Assembly (NCBI GenBank): GCA_039545335.1 | Contig: BCIN01000001.1 | Coordinates: 2,353,129 to 2,417,128, forward strand | DNA length: 64,000 nucleotides | From: Kondoa subrosea | Lineage: Eukaryota | Reading direction: 5' to 3' | In this document: positions 48,991-62,908 of the stretch, in pieces | Position numbering within the stretch: the stretch's first letter is position 1 | Layout of the letters: the number at the start of each line of letters is the position of its first letter | Notes under the pieces: model-generated | The model's database searches: none | The model's input: only the letters and a program-made list of their open reading frames with translations | What the model was told of the DNA's origin: nothing | Made by a program: the position numbers and the translations under genes

Positions 48991-51900
48991 ATGGAGTCAT
49001 TCGTTTTGCTGGGCGCAGCGCTCTTGAGTTTGCCTTTGATACCTAAAGCAAAACGCATTGCATTAAAACATGAAGGTTTGACCGAAGAGCAAGAGGAGCG
49101 AGCAAGTGCTGCTGCGCTGTTGCAGAGTGTGAATAAGAAGAAGGGACTGGCAGCTCTATCGGAGAAGCCAATAGAAGAGGACGATGGAGCCGAACTGAAT
49201 CCAGACAAGTTTTACGATGACATGAAAGTTCGCAAAATAGGGGTTGTACTCTGTACAATCGCTCTACTGAGTGTTCATGCTGTTATCCTTGGATTGGATA
49301 TAGTCAAATTTCTCAATAGAACTGAAGATCCTCAGAAACAGCAAGTCTCGTTGGCAGCAGATGTGGCCTGGCTGGCTTATTGGGCAGTACTTACGACGAT
49401 TGGGCTCTTGGCCATTCCAACTCGCTCACGACATTGGTCTCTGACTATCTATCTCAGCGTTTTCTCTGCTCTGCCCTTATTGGCCTACCTTATACCTCTC
49501 GTCGTACCGCAGGAGGTCTTCCGTTTGCCTGGTCGTGAATATGAGCTGAAGTCTCTCTACTCAATCATGCTGGCTGCCTTGTCTTTCGTTGCCTTTGTTC
49601 TGGCCATTACTATGAGAAGCAGTCCCGCGACTCATTGGGAACCTGCAAGATTGGTTGGGCTGGATGATTCGGAGAACAGTTACATACATTGGGCTAATGT
49701 ATCGCCGTTAGCGGGTGCTTCAATCCTGTCGCGTATGATGTTTTCTTGGGTGACACCTACAATCCGAGAAAGTTCGGCCAAACCTCAACTGGAATCATCA
49801 GACATTCCGTTCTTACCAGCAACTTGGAGAGCAACTACTCAAATGTATCGCTTCTCGGCAAGAGTAGACGGACGCCGACTCATCCCACATCTCTTGCATG
49901 TTAACTCTTCAGTAATTGTTATTCAATGTTTGTTGGCTGCAACAAACAGTCTTCTGTACTACCTTCCTGCCTTCTTCCTTCTGCAACTCGTCCGTTTCCT
50001 TGAAGGCAACGCCGAAGATCAAAATTATTCCGTTGGTCTGTTCTACTGTTTTGGTCTCTTGTTCAGTTTCGTCTTCGAAGCTGTGATTGCTGGTCAACTG
50101 TGGTTCTACTCCTCCACTGCACTTGCCTGCCAGATTCGAATGCAATTAAACGCAGCTCTTTTCGCCAAAACACTACGCCGCAAAGATCTTTCGGGCGCTA
50201 CAGCATCTTCCGATCCGTCCGCAAGTCCTTCGTCTGCCGACCAGACCGAAGATACTTCGCCTTCTTTGAGCAAACTGAAAACTCAGGACGACCACACTGC
50301 CAGTGACCCGTTATCGGGCGACACGTCCGAAGAAAATGTTGATATTGCGACGTTCTCTTCAAAGAGTCAAGTTTTAAATCTGTTCTCGGTTGATGTCGAC
50401 AGAGTTTCCGAATTCAGCACGTAAGTTTCTTCTCGTCGGCTGCTCTTCACTGCTCAGTTCCGATCAGATGGTCGTTTTCCTTGGTCGATGCGCCTCTGGA
50501 ATTGATCAGTATGTTCAGCCCGTGTAGATTGCGGGAGAATAACGACTGAGGATGTGATGCGTAGTTGGTAGCGTCTTTTTGTATCGCCTATTGGGCTCGG
50601 CAGCACTTTATGGTATAGCGTAGGTCTCTCACCCTTTATCTCCTGAGATACAAGATTGATCACCATCGGCAGCGTCACTGTTCTGTTCCTTCCTGCAAAT
50701 CATTACGCAAGCAAAGCTTTTGCTTCTACCCAAGACAAGCTCATGGCTGCCCGAGATCGTCGAGTATCGTTGATGAACGAAGTCATGGCTTCAATTAGGA
50801 TGATCAAATTTGCAGCGTCCGAGGTATTTCTTGTTGTCCTTGCAATCGAATGGTAGCTGAACCTTATCGCCAGCTTCCGTTTGAAAAGCGAATTCTCGAT
50901 ACTAGACGCGAAGAACTCAAGCAGCAACGAAACAATTACATTCTAGAGGTAAATGCTTTCGTCGCTGCTGTGTCGTGCGCTGCTGAAGCCTGTGCTAGAT
51001 TGTTTTCGAGTTCATTTACGAGATGTCCCCTGTTGTGTGTATTGTCGTCGCGCTTTACATCTATACATAGTAAGTTTGCCTCCGTTGATGTTCTTTCTGT
51101 CCTTACCATTGTACAGTGTTCAAGGACATTCGCTCACACCAAGTGTCGCATTCGCCAGTATCGCAGTATTCAACGAATTGCGATTTGCGATTAACATTAT
51201 TCCTGATGTACTGATCAATGCTCTCCAAAGCTACGTTTCTCTCAAGCGAATTGATGTGTATCTGCAATCACCGGAAGTTCAGCCAAGACCTCACGAGACC
51301 GATGGCAATACAGTCGCACTCAGATCAGCGACGATCAGCTGGCCGACTCTGGACCTCGATCGTGAAACCGGTACTGCTCCAACTCCGAACGCTTCGCGGA
51401 ATTTCATGCTCCGAGATATCTCGATCGATTTCCGCGTCCACGGCCTGAATCTTATTTGTAAGTCTTTCTTATTTCGACATCTCACATGTTGAGTTTGCTT
51501 CGCAGGCGGAACGCTCGGCAGTGGAAAGACGTTGCTCTTACTAGGTGCATGCCAATCACTTACCGTTTCAAGCCATGGCTTATTCAATCCTATCATAGCT
51601 CTACTAGGTGAAGCAGATCTTGTAGCCGGTCAGATCGTTTGCCCTCAAAGCAAGGTCGACGCTATCGAGCCTTTCCAAGGAAACAACACCTTGACGGACC
51701 AGAATTGGGTTGTCGACAACATCGTAGCTTACGTACCTCAGTCTGCTTGGCTACAAAACGCTACCGTCAAGGACAACATCCTCTTTGGTCTGCCGCTTAA
51801 CGAAAAGAGATATCAAGATACTCTGCGAGCCTGTAGCTTGACTGTTGACTTGGCAGTATTGTACGTCCGCTCGCACGAATGGTTAGGCTCTGCTGATGAC

Positions 51901-54900
51901 AATTATTGTTGTAGAGAGGATGGCGATGAGACCGAGATAGGCGAGAAAGGAGTGAATTTGAGCGGGTAAGTCCAAAAGCACTGTCAATTGGATATCTACT
52001 TATCCCGTTGCAGAGGTCAACAAGCCAGAATATCTCTCGCCAGAGCCGTTTATTCTCGAGCCGGAATTCTTTTACGTAAGACTTTGATCGTACCGTCTAC
52101 GCGCAATCTGACTATTTCTGTAGTTGATGATGTGCTGAGTGCTGTGGATACGCATACGTAGGTTGGCCTGTTCTTTGATTGATTATATCGGCTGAAGGGT
52201 ACCATATACAGGGCGGATCACATTTGTATGTATTCCGATTTAAAGGTTTGAGTTATCACCTTATGTTTGATTACAGACAAGAACTGCTTGAAAGGAGAGC
52301 TTCTTCGAGGTCGTACAACTATCCTGGTCTCACATCATGCACAACTGCTTGCGCCTGGAGCTGATCAGATCATTTTGCTCGGCAACGGCATGCTGCTCAT
52401 GTCTGGCACCTATAATGAATTTGCCGCGTCAGAATATGCTGCAACATATTTGGGCGCAGAAGAGGAAGATCAGCCGGCTTCGAAAGCTGTCAACAAAGTC
52501 CTACACCGAGTCAAGCAGAATGGTCGGAAACAATCTGACGCTAGCAGTGACTCGTCGGATGCCTCATCTGATGAGTCGGATTCAGACGAGGATGAAGTAG
52601 ATGAGAAGGGATCTGCAAAGAAATTGATCGAGGATGAATCTCGTGCAGTCGGAACTGTCAGTCGAGACGTCTGGGTCACCTATCTCACTGCAAACGGATC
52701 TACATTGTTCTGGATCGTCTTTGCATTGGCCTTTGTTGGCGCGAAAGTCCTCGAGATCGCAGAAACAGCATGGTTAGCTCAAAGACCGTATGCCTGGAAA
52801 CATTGCTTATGCGTAGCTTTAGGCTCGGGAAATGGTCTGGAGCAGATGTTGAGGAAGGCAAGAGTCGAGAACTGCTATATTACCTCTTCGTCTTCGCCCT
52901 CATTTCGGTGATCAACGTTGTAGCGCAAACATCTCAAGCTATTGTCCTGTACACCGGCAGCTTGCGAGCATCACACAAACTACATGAGGGACTCTTACAC
53001 TCTGTGTTGAGGGCTCCAGTGAGTTCATTCATTGCTTAGGAGATCCTGCTTATAGATTTACCCCTTTGCTAGCTTCGCTTCTTTGACACCATAGCTTTGG
53101 GCCGCTTGCTCAACAGGTTCAGCAAAGATATGGAAGGCGTCGATTCGCAGCTACCAGACAACCTTTCCAGAACGATTTCCTACAGTTTAGGTGTTATAGC
53201 GACCGTGGTATCAATAACCTGGGTAGCGCCTACCTTTTTGCTTGGCTTCGCGTTCATCAGTCTTGGGTTCCTCTACTACGCCAGATTATACAGCCATGCC
53301 GCACGTGAGCTAAGACGTATGGATTCAATATCCAAATCTCCTATCTTCTCGTTATACGGCGAGACAATTAGTGGCGCGGCGATAATCAGAGCTTTCGGTG
53401 GTTCTAGTCGAGCGCTGGCCATTATGCTTCAGAAAGTAGATCAGAACATGTGAGTTTGCGAAAGATTCGAGCCAACTGTAGTTCTAAAAGGTGATTTGCA
53501 GTGCTTTCTTCTTCCATCTATGGGTTGCGAATCGCTGGCTGTCGATGCGTTATGCCTTGCTTTCGGGCACAGTCGTTGGCTTCACCGGATTCGTGCTGCT
53601 TCAAGCTCGACACACCATTTCTGCCAGTGTTGCCGGGTTTGCCTTGACTTTCAGTCTTGATATTACCAATGAGATCACCTTCTGTAAGCATCCTCTGCTG
53701 ACTCGCGAAATGAAGCTCAGAGTCCTGCAGTGGTAAGGAGGTATACTGCGCTTGAACTATCGATGGTTGCAGGTAGGTTGCGTCTTGAGTTGCAGTTATA
53801 TAGCCCTTACAGATATATGCTTAGTGGAAAGAGTTAAAGAGTATACAAGCGAAATTGAACAAGAGGCTGCAGCAATTGTAGAACCACGGCCTGCTCCTAC
53901 TTGGCCGTCTCAGGGTATGTTCCGTATGTTGATCCGCACATTGAGTCCTCAGTGTTTTCTTCAATAGGTGCTATAATGGTACGCTATTCAACCTTATCAC
54001 GGAAAAGGCGCTTACATTTTTCCAGGTCGACAAGTTGACTGTCCGATATGCTGAGGATTTGCCTGATGTGCTACATGAGATCAGCTTCTCTGTACAGGCA
54101 GGTGAAAAGATCGGTCAGTGCAAAAATCTTCTCTCTATGCTATTGATGCTTACAGATATTGTTTCAAGGTGTTGTCGGAAGGTATTGCGAATCCTTGTCT
54201 CGTGAGCTCAGGCTTATCCATTCATTGTAGTACGGGATCGGGCAAGAGCACTTTGGCTCTGTCTTTCTTCAGATTCGTTGAAGCTTACTCAGGCAGAATC
54301 ACGGTAAGCGTTCTGCTCACAATGTTAGCCTTCTCTCTGACCTCGCATCTGTTTAGATTGACGGCATCGATATCAGCAAGATTGGCTTATATGATCTTCG
54401 TTCAAGGCTAACGATAATACCCCAGCAACCGACAATTCTTTCAGGGTCTCTACGTTCAGCTCTTGATACCTTCTCCGAGCATTCGGATTTGGATTTGTTC
54501 AGTGCATTGAGAAGAGTTCATCTCTTGCCTGAAGCCGACATGCCGGAACCAGAGGAAGGGGAAAACGCCAACGTTTTCCGAGATCTCGATACGGAGGTCG
54601 CAGAACAAGGGACCAACTTCTCTCAAGGACAAAGACAGCTCCTTTGTATGGCACGAGCTCTGCTGAATCGGTCGAAGATCGTACTTATGGATGAGGCCAC
54701 ATCGAATGTTGACTATGCGACGGATGAAGCGCTGACGAAAGCAATCAGACAAGAGTTTGATAAAGCCACGTTGATCGTCATTGCACATCGGTAAGCGACT
54801 CTTGCACGCGTACTTGTACATCATGCTTATCCAACAACCTATGCAGGCTTCGAACGTAAGTTCCCAAGTACAGTGATCTTTTGATTAGAGCCTCATCGTG

Positions 54901-55225
54901 CCTTTAGTATCATTACATTCAACAAAGTCTTAGTCCTGGATCAAGGTCGTGTAGCTGAATTCGGTAAGGTTTCTTATCAATCATCGAAAGCCAATAAATC
55001 CTAACTTTATTTGATATCATTACAGACAAACCTTCTGTTCTGCTACAAGACCCCGACTCGAAATTCTACCAATTATGTCAAAGTGCTGGACGAAGAGAGT
55101 TCAGAATCTTGAAAAAGTTGGCAGATGGCGAAACTGTGCGAGCAAGCAAACTTGCTGCTCAACGTCCCAAAAAGATCAACAGACAGTTCAGTAAAATGAG
55201 TAAAATGTCTGCATCACCTCCGTGA
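48991..55225 (+). CDS. ABCC/MRP-type ABC transporter (Ybt1/Bpt1-like)
   Basis: Two TMDs; NBD1 'GTLGSGKT', 'LSGGQQARISLARA', degenerate 'LLDD'; NBD2 'GRTGSGKST', 'FSQGQRQL', 'MDEATS'. A small upstream exon is possible. Confidence 0.93.
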
Positions 55226-55464
55226 TGTTTTACTGTTTGCAATGAGTAAGAGAAGTTCAGCAACGGGCGGAAAAAAGAAGGACATTTGTGCATAGATCAA
55301 AACACACATTAATGCTGCATTGTATATACACATTAGATTAGAAACGAAGATGAATATTACTATTATTACGAGGTTTACAAGGGAAACAGTGTTGTTACAG
55401 TTCGAAGTACAGTTACGACAAATACACCTAAATCTAATTAAGGTCGTGAATATGAATCCGATAC

Positions 55465-56643
55465 CTAATGCGTCGTCGCTTGCCATAACCGCCAACCTTT
55501 GTTCTCCGCTTCAATAGAATCGTTGTCAGCAATTTCAGACCCATATAATGTTTTAGAAATCGGAGCAGGTGTGATAGCGATAGAAATAGGTTGACCAGTG
55601 ACGACAGCTGAAGATTTGGATGGCGCGGGACTTTTACTAAAAGGGTTGCCCAACCATGATTTTGCCAAAGAAGAGGATTTGCCTTGTTGTGTTTGAGGTG
55701 TACTGACCCTTGCTGTCAAAGGAGAAGCTTGTGTTGGTGTAGATGAGGAGAAGAAGGACATAGTGCGAGGAGAAGAGGCAGAGGGTTGTTTGCTGGCTGG
55801 AGTAGATTGACGAGGTGAATTTTCGCTTGGTAAGGTTATAGCCGTTTCGTCTAGCAGACGAAGAATTCCTGGAAGAGAGGGAGAGGGTGGAAGAGGGATA
55901 GCTGATGCTTCTAGAACTGGTGAAGTGTCGTTTGCTATGGATTTCGAGACTTCTGCTGCCTTGTCTGCTTCTACGACTGCCTGTGCAACAGGTAACTGGT
56001 TTGTAATCTCCTCTTCTAGCTGTAGTTGGACGATAGGAATCGAGTCGTTCGACTTTGGCTGTCCAAGCGTTTGCGAAGAAAGTGCAGACACTTGCTGCCT
56101 CAATAGCTGTATTTCGTTCTCAAAATCGAATCTCAGCTCTTCTCTCGCATGTTGAACAGCCACAGCGACGATTTCAGCACATTTCTTCGGGCAGATACAC
56201 TGATCGAGTTGAGTTTGCAAAGCCTTGATTTGGCCGAGAGCGTGATAGAGCTGTGGCTTGAGTTGATCGAGTTCAGATCGTAATTGGGTCATTTGGGAAG
56301 CGGAAGGATGTTGCGCTGTTGCTGCTTCCGTGAACGGTAACGAGACGCTCGTCTGTATTGGTGCTGACGTGACTGATTTGAGTGCTTTGTCGACCTTGAC
56401 TGGACTAGGAGGACGGTAGTCTCGAGCTCTACTGCAAGAAGCGAACAATAAGCTTTAAACTGTCACGTTGGTAGAAGCAAGCAGCAGCGCTCACGAGATG
56501 GGTGCGTTCTCGCTGTTTGAAATTGTAGTGCTTTGCTCCAACAGCCTAATCAACACTTCGTTCTTTTGAGTCAGACCACGGATGTTTCTCTCCTTGCACA
56601 GTTGTTGTAGCTGCGGACGCTTAAGATTCTTGTAGTCTTGCAT
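55465..56643 (-). CDS. Protein with N-terminal SAP/HeH-like motif, coiled coil and S/P-rich tail
   Basis: Exon 1 'MQDYKNLKRPQLQQLCKERNIRGLTQKNEVLIRLL'; exon 2 within ORF 55465-56448. Confidence 0.65.
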
Positions 56644-57057
56644 GTTTCTGTCGCCAAACGATTTTCGGAAAGTGATGGATGCAATGTTAAAAGGAAGTTC
56701 CGGATAGTTGCAGGACGTCGTCTATACTAGTCCAGTCAATATTGAAAGCGAGATATTCAATTGAGTATGGCTGTTGAACAGTAGAAGTTCGATCACTCAC
56801 AAAGTATGAGAATCACTCGAACGGCCACAAAGCACACTACCAGGCGTAGCACCGTACGCATTGGTTATATCATCTGTTCCTTGGTGACTCACAGCCTTTT
56901 TAGAACTGCTGAAAGTGTTCGATCGACTTTGTGTTAACTTGTCATTGTCGGACTCTCTCTCTCTGGTCAGCTCTGCTTCTTTTCCTTCGTTCGTGATAGC
57001 ATATGCTTACTGTATCCTCTCAGACTGCATCTATTCGTCCGATCTTTCGCTTCACAA

Positions 57058-58318
57058 ATGTCTTCAGTCGAAACTCCCAAAAAATGCGCCTGGATTGTGT
57101 TCTTACTCTCAACCAGTTCTTATCTACCGGGCGTTTTAGTGTTGGCTCATTCGCTCAAGAAGCATAAATCCAAGTATCCTTTGATTGTAGCTGTCAATCC
57201 GAAATTACCTCAGGAGACTAAAGATGCTTTGGTGGATTATGGATTGGAGATCAGAGAAATTCAACCTTTGACTCCTGTTGGAGCTGTTACTACAATAGCC
57301 GAGAGGTGAGTCCCGCAACTCATCGAAAGCTTCTCCAATACCATGTCTGATTGACTGCCATTAGATTCGTTGTATGCCTAGTCTCGCTCATAGTAGAGCT
57401 TCTCTCATCTACTTCACTGCAGGATACGTGGAGTAAAGTCCGAGTCTTTGATTTTGAAGAATACGAGGTGAGAAGTCAGTGCTAGTGTGATCTACCAGGG
57501 GACTGATTTGATACGGATGCAGCGAGTTGTCTTAATCGATGCCGACATGATGCTACTACGGAACATGGACGAATTGATGGACATGGATCTACCTCAAGGC
57601 CATATCGCAGCTACACATGCTTGCGTTTGCAATCTCGACAAATCATCCTGGGCTCCCGGTTTCTGGTCAGTGAGAAGTGCAGTGTTGCTTGGTATCAGCT
57701 AAAATTCCATCCGGTTGCAGGACAAAGGAGAACTGTCCTTACAATGGTTTAAACCATCCTCAAGCAATCACAAACCCAGCTCCAGCAGCCATCAACGAAC
57801 CAATAGCTCACACACTACTCAATTCAGGTCTTGTAGTCTTACATCCTTCTCGGAAAACAACTCAAGCAGTAGAAGATTTACTTTGCTCTACTTCGGAGAC
57901 AGATCAAGGAAAAATCAAATCTTGGATGTTCCCTGATCAAGATTTGTTGGCTGATTTGTTTAGAGGGAAATGGATTTCTCTACCTTGGATCTACAACGCT
58001 ATCAAGACGATGAGGTATTGGCATGGTAGCTTTTACAGAGACGAAGAGGTCAAAAACTTGCATTACATTTGCGATAAACCATGGAAGAGAAGACCTGAAA
58101 GAGTTGACACGACAGAAGAACAAGGGCAACAGAAGAGATATAAAGTACAACCTGGGAAATATCAAGAGGTTATGGAAGGAGAACTTGGTTTACCTTCTGA
58201 AGAAGCAGATGCGATAACGCATGGCTGGTGGTGGGAAGAATATGAAAATATGAGGGATGAGATGGTCAAGCACGAGTACAAGGGGTTGAAACTGTTGGAT
58301 AGCCTTGTAGCTGAATGA
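57058..58318 (+). CDS. Glycosyltransferase family 8
   Basis: 'YLPGVLVLAHSL', 'DTWSK', DxD 'IDADM', 'LNSGLVVL', 'DQDLL', 'HYICDKPW'. Confidence 0.92.
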
Positions 58319-58697
58319 AGCTGGAACTCTCGTGCCACGGGACAAATGTACGCAGTCAAGTATGAAGCGACGCAAAGGAAATTAAACAATTTGATACTAT
58401 TTGCTGACCGATATATTAAGAACGAAGTAAAAACTCTAAAAGCCCTTCTGCGTTCCAGTGACCCCAAACCCTTGCGTCTAAAAAGGTGTTACATAGCAAA
58501 TCCCATCGTGCTGCTCCGCATCTTCTGAAGATTTGTCACAGTGTGAAGAAAAGGATTTGCCAAGCTGTGGTATCGAGTAAATTTGCACTGATGGAGTAAG
58601 ATTCTTTTGAGGTATCGTGAGCCACCAGGGAGAAGAGGAAGATTGACGAGATAAAGTACAAGAAAAGAGTTTCTGTTAACCTGACAGAGACTCTGTT

Positions 58698-59949
58698 TTA
58701 TGCCCAAACCTAAGACAAGAGCCAATCAGAATTGACTCCCTTCAAAAGAAAGACAGACTCACCTTGAGCATCGAATCCCAACTACCTGTACATAAAGCCA
58801 TTCCGTCCGAGCTGACACCCAAGCAACTGACACGGTTTTCATGTCCAGTCAAGACACCAACCCTGAAGATGGATAAGACACGGAAATCATTCGAAATCAA
58901 GGGCTTTACCTCTCTCCTTTCAGTGTGTCCCACACGTTACAGTTGAAGTCGTCGTAACCAGCGAAAAGAAGACGACCGGAGACTGAGAAGGCGACTGAGG
59001 TGATACCGCATAAAACATTGTCGTGCGTGTATTGATTGAGTTCTCGGTCTGCTCGTAGATCAAAGAGGCGACAAGAAGCATCGTCTGATCCAGAAGCGAA
59101 AGCATTGCCATCAGGGAAGAATCTGGTGAAGCCCTCTTTTAGCTGGCGCATGTACCAACGATATGCAAACACTTACTGAACAGCGTTGATATCCGATTCA
59201 TGCCCAACGAATGTTTGTACAGCTCTCCCTGTCCTAATATCCCATACTTTTGCTGTTGCATCGCAAGCACCAGAGACGAAGATGTTTTGATTTGGTCCCA
59301 ACGATAAACTCATAACATCGCCCGAATGATCATTGAACTCCAAAACTCTTACACCCGCATCTACATCCCAAAGCATGCATGTCATGTCACCTGAAGAAGT
59401 AAGAATTTGTCGGTCATTCAAGAAACGACAGCAAGAAAGATAGCCAGTATGAGCGCTGAGTTCCCTTGCTACTTTGACGCTGCCTTCTTTTGATCTTAGA
59501 TTGTAAATGGAGCAGATGTTGTCCAGACCACCGCATGCGACGAAATTACCGGAAGGGGCGTATGCGCAAGTCATAACCCAAGAAGATCGAAGTGGAATAG
59601 CGTGTACTTTATTCGTGGTGTATGCATCCCAAACAATGAGCTTGCCGTCTTGTGAAGCGGAAACCAAGTGTCGCTTGTCTTGAGACCAATGCATAGCGTA
59701 GATCTTTGCCAAATGACCTCTTAAAGTCTTTCGTGCTTTCATTACAATTCGAGGTAAAGGTTCTATTTCCGCAGCCATGGCTTTCACTGTACATCAGACT
59801 GGACATCAGAGGAGCTCTGAGAAGCCTAGAATGAGGAACGAACAGCTCGTATCGGCTAGTTGATCTCGCCTCGAGCGAATCTTTTCTTTAAGGGTTTCTG
59901 CTTCACGTCTAGCCGCGGCAATCTTCTCTTGAATATCTGTTGACGACAT
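58698..59949 (-). CDS. GPB1: Heterotrimeric G protein beta subunit
   Basis: '[13 protein letters not shown]', '[14 protein letters not shown]', '[15 protein letters not shown]', '[10 protein letters not shown]', '[12 protein letters not shown]'. Confidence 0.97.
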
Positions 59950-60583
59950 GTTGGTGGAGGAAGGAGATTGATGGAGGAAAGGGGAGAGTAGTCGTTAGAG
60001 GTCCGAGAGCTTTGCAAATGGCCGAAGTTAGCCTTCCCAGCTGCTTGCTTTCGTTAGGATGAGCAGATTACGCCTGAGCAGTGTATGTGTAGGGCTTGGG
60101 GACTGCTTGGAAGCCTGTGCAATTGTCTTGCTAATAAGAAGTCGAGACTCCGAAAGTAAATAGACCAGTCAGCAAGACAGGGAGGAGATCTGCACGCCGA
60201 TTGTGTACGCTGTTGCTCAGGCAATAGCAGCGCCTTGTAAGCGTCGTTGTCGAAAAGCCGTGATGTGAGGTGTGGTATAGAAAGAAAGGCCAAAATTCGC
60301 TCAATCCATGTTCTCGGGCCTAATATCTTAATTACATGGCCTTCCGGTGATATATTACACAGCTACACGAGCTAGCTCAAGTACAGACATGCAGGCCTAT
60401 GCATGTCGAGCGACAGCTGCCAGGGCGATCTCAGCCATTCAAATCCGGGAACGCATTTCGGCTGCCCTTGAATCACCTCAAAACTGCCAACAGCTCGTTG
60501 AACCGATGCCTACTCCTAATAGGAGGACATACCACGTCTATTCCCGCTGATCGATCTCAAAATTGATGATTGCGAGACCGCTT

Positions 60584-62626
60584 TCACAGCCCTTCTTTAC
60601 TAAGCATCTCGCTCACACTCATATAGAATGAGACAGGTCGATACTGATCGTGACGCATTAGTCACTGAGGATGACATGAAATTGCGCTGAATTTACCTGA
60701 ATAGGGTTTCCCTTCCATTCTGCGAATTTCTGTCAAGGACCATTACATTCAGCAATCGAATCGAACGAAATGGCTCTTTCAAGACCGACATCTAGCAATT
60801 TCAACACATGAGTATTTTGGTCAATCATAAAATAAAGGAAGACAAACATCGTATAGCTCCAACCCAGCCAACGAGATCCCTGAAGATCCAGCATCAGATC
60901 TGGGCAATCCTCTTGACGCCCAATCTTCCGAACTCACAGATGATTTACATTCTCAAGAGTCCCGATATAGGAACCCCATTTCGCCGATTCTATCGAAACC
61001 AAACCATCGTTATCACCTTCTTCATCGTAAATTACTCGCCAAGAAGGTCTGAAACTATCGAATATGCCTGGCTGACAGCGAGCGCCATAAGAATAGTAGC
61101 GAACCTAATTCGGACGCATCAAGCGTATACCTCAGTGGGCGATAGGCCAGACTTACCTCGGGGTTGTCCGGATTGGCAGCATTGAATTTTGCCATCTTCG
61201 TTGTCGTCAGATCATCAAACGCTTTTCCGCCTCCTGGGACTTGCAGCGCTCCTAATAGATTCAGAAGAAAGGGCAGATTGTGTCTCCCGAGCCTTTGAAA
61301 TTCTTTAGTTGCCATTTATGCGATAGTTCTGGGGTATGTCAAGGCTTACCATTCGTCCATGATGTAGTCTGCGAAAGCAGAACCTCGATGAGGCGAAGCA
61401 ATGGTTGTGATCGAGCGAACTTTGAAAGTCGTAGGTTTGAGCTGTGAGACCAAGTAGCGAGAGTCCAGACCGCCCTGAACCGCACGGTGAGCCAGAATTA
61501 TCTTCAGTAGAGAATCCTTACCATCGAATGCCCTATCAAGTTGATTTCCCGCCCCGGTAATTTCTCAGTAATGATCTCGCATAGAGCTTGCGCTCGTTCT
61601 TCCACCGATGCAGAAGCTGGTACCTGATCTGCGTATTAGTGAGACTGTCGCAAATTACACAGAGATCAATACCTTTGTAATCAGAACCTCAACACCGGCA
61701 GCTAAGACAGATTGTGAATGAGAACGCTGACCTAGCAGGAGACAAAGCGTTGACTTGCCTTCGAATGCTTCGGCTACCCCTCTCCAATAGGATATCTGTA
61801 AGATAGGCAGATCCGGGGGACTTGGGCGATGTTCAATGATTGTTCACCATAACCTGTCATTGACTTACCCGATCTTATCGAAACCAAACAAGCCATGCAC
61901 AAAGACCAATGGGTATCTCGGCTTGTCGTACTTGTCCTTGATTCGAGCCCATACTGGTTCATCCTTTCCGGATTGATCGTTCTCGTCAAGCATACTTTCA
62001 TTCACATCCGATTTCTCTTTCTCTTCAGACGAAGCAGCAAAGCCAGTGATGGAAGACCACCAATCAGCAGGAGAAGAAAGAGCAGGCATAGTGAAGAGAG
62101 GTTTTGGAGCATCTGAAGAAGAAGTAGTAGTAATCTGCGGTTCCTGAGCTTCTTTGTTGAGATTCTGCGTTGAATGATATTGCACTTTATCTACTGCACG
62201 CTTTCGTGAGAGACCTTTGCCAACGAAAAGATCTAGAAAGCTGTTGTTCTGTGAAACATCTTCAGGTCTGTCTTCTTGCAAGCTCCGTCGTCCTTTAGCA
62301 TCTTCAGGGATCCCGAGAGATATCGTTGAATACGATGCTTTCCGCGCAACGGTGTCAAGCGAGCGAGCACGCTTCAGAGTTGCAGGCAAATTACTATGAG
62401 ACAGCAGAAGATTGCTTGGCCTAGAAAGATCAGGCAAGGTTGGCACTTGAGCAACAGATGTTGCAGCTTCAGATGCTTGTCCAGCTCGTAGCAGAAGAGC
62501 AGGCTGGCCAGACGGAGTCCTTTCCTTAGCGATGACGGCTTTCGAGGGTGTTGCCAATCCGCCTGCCGCAGCCATACTTCGTGTAGTGTCGCTCATGGCA
62601 AATCGTGCGAGCTTTCTTGTGAGCAT
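60584..62626 (-). CDS. Triacylglycerol lipase (Tgl2-like alpha/beta hydrolase)
   Basis: 'PLVFVHGLFGF', 'NLIGHSMGGLDSRY', 'TTIASPHRGSAFAD', 'NDGLVS'. Confidence 0.88.
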
Positions 62627-62908
62627 ACCAATGCTAGTCCATGCTGGCGAATATCACTGTTGTCTGTCGACCTCGGGCTCGAAATCAAACGATTGTCATT
62701 GTGCTTCTTCAGTCGCGCTCTTGCTTTCGCGAACAGTCATCTGCTTGTGTTCTCCGTCATACACTCCTCCGACGTACAGCTTTGCCATCTCGCTCGCGTG
62801 TCTGCTAGACGCTGATATAAGTCTGAATTGTGAGATACTTCACCGCTGGTGTTGTCCATCTTCTGTTCCTTACTCTCATCTGAATCCTGAAGTCTTCCGT
62901 ATTGCAAG

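Noticed and set aside
37186..59949. Signalling or mating cluster (RhoGEF, RAC1, G-beta)
   Set aside because: The genes are tens of kb apart and separated by unrelated housekeeping genes.
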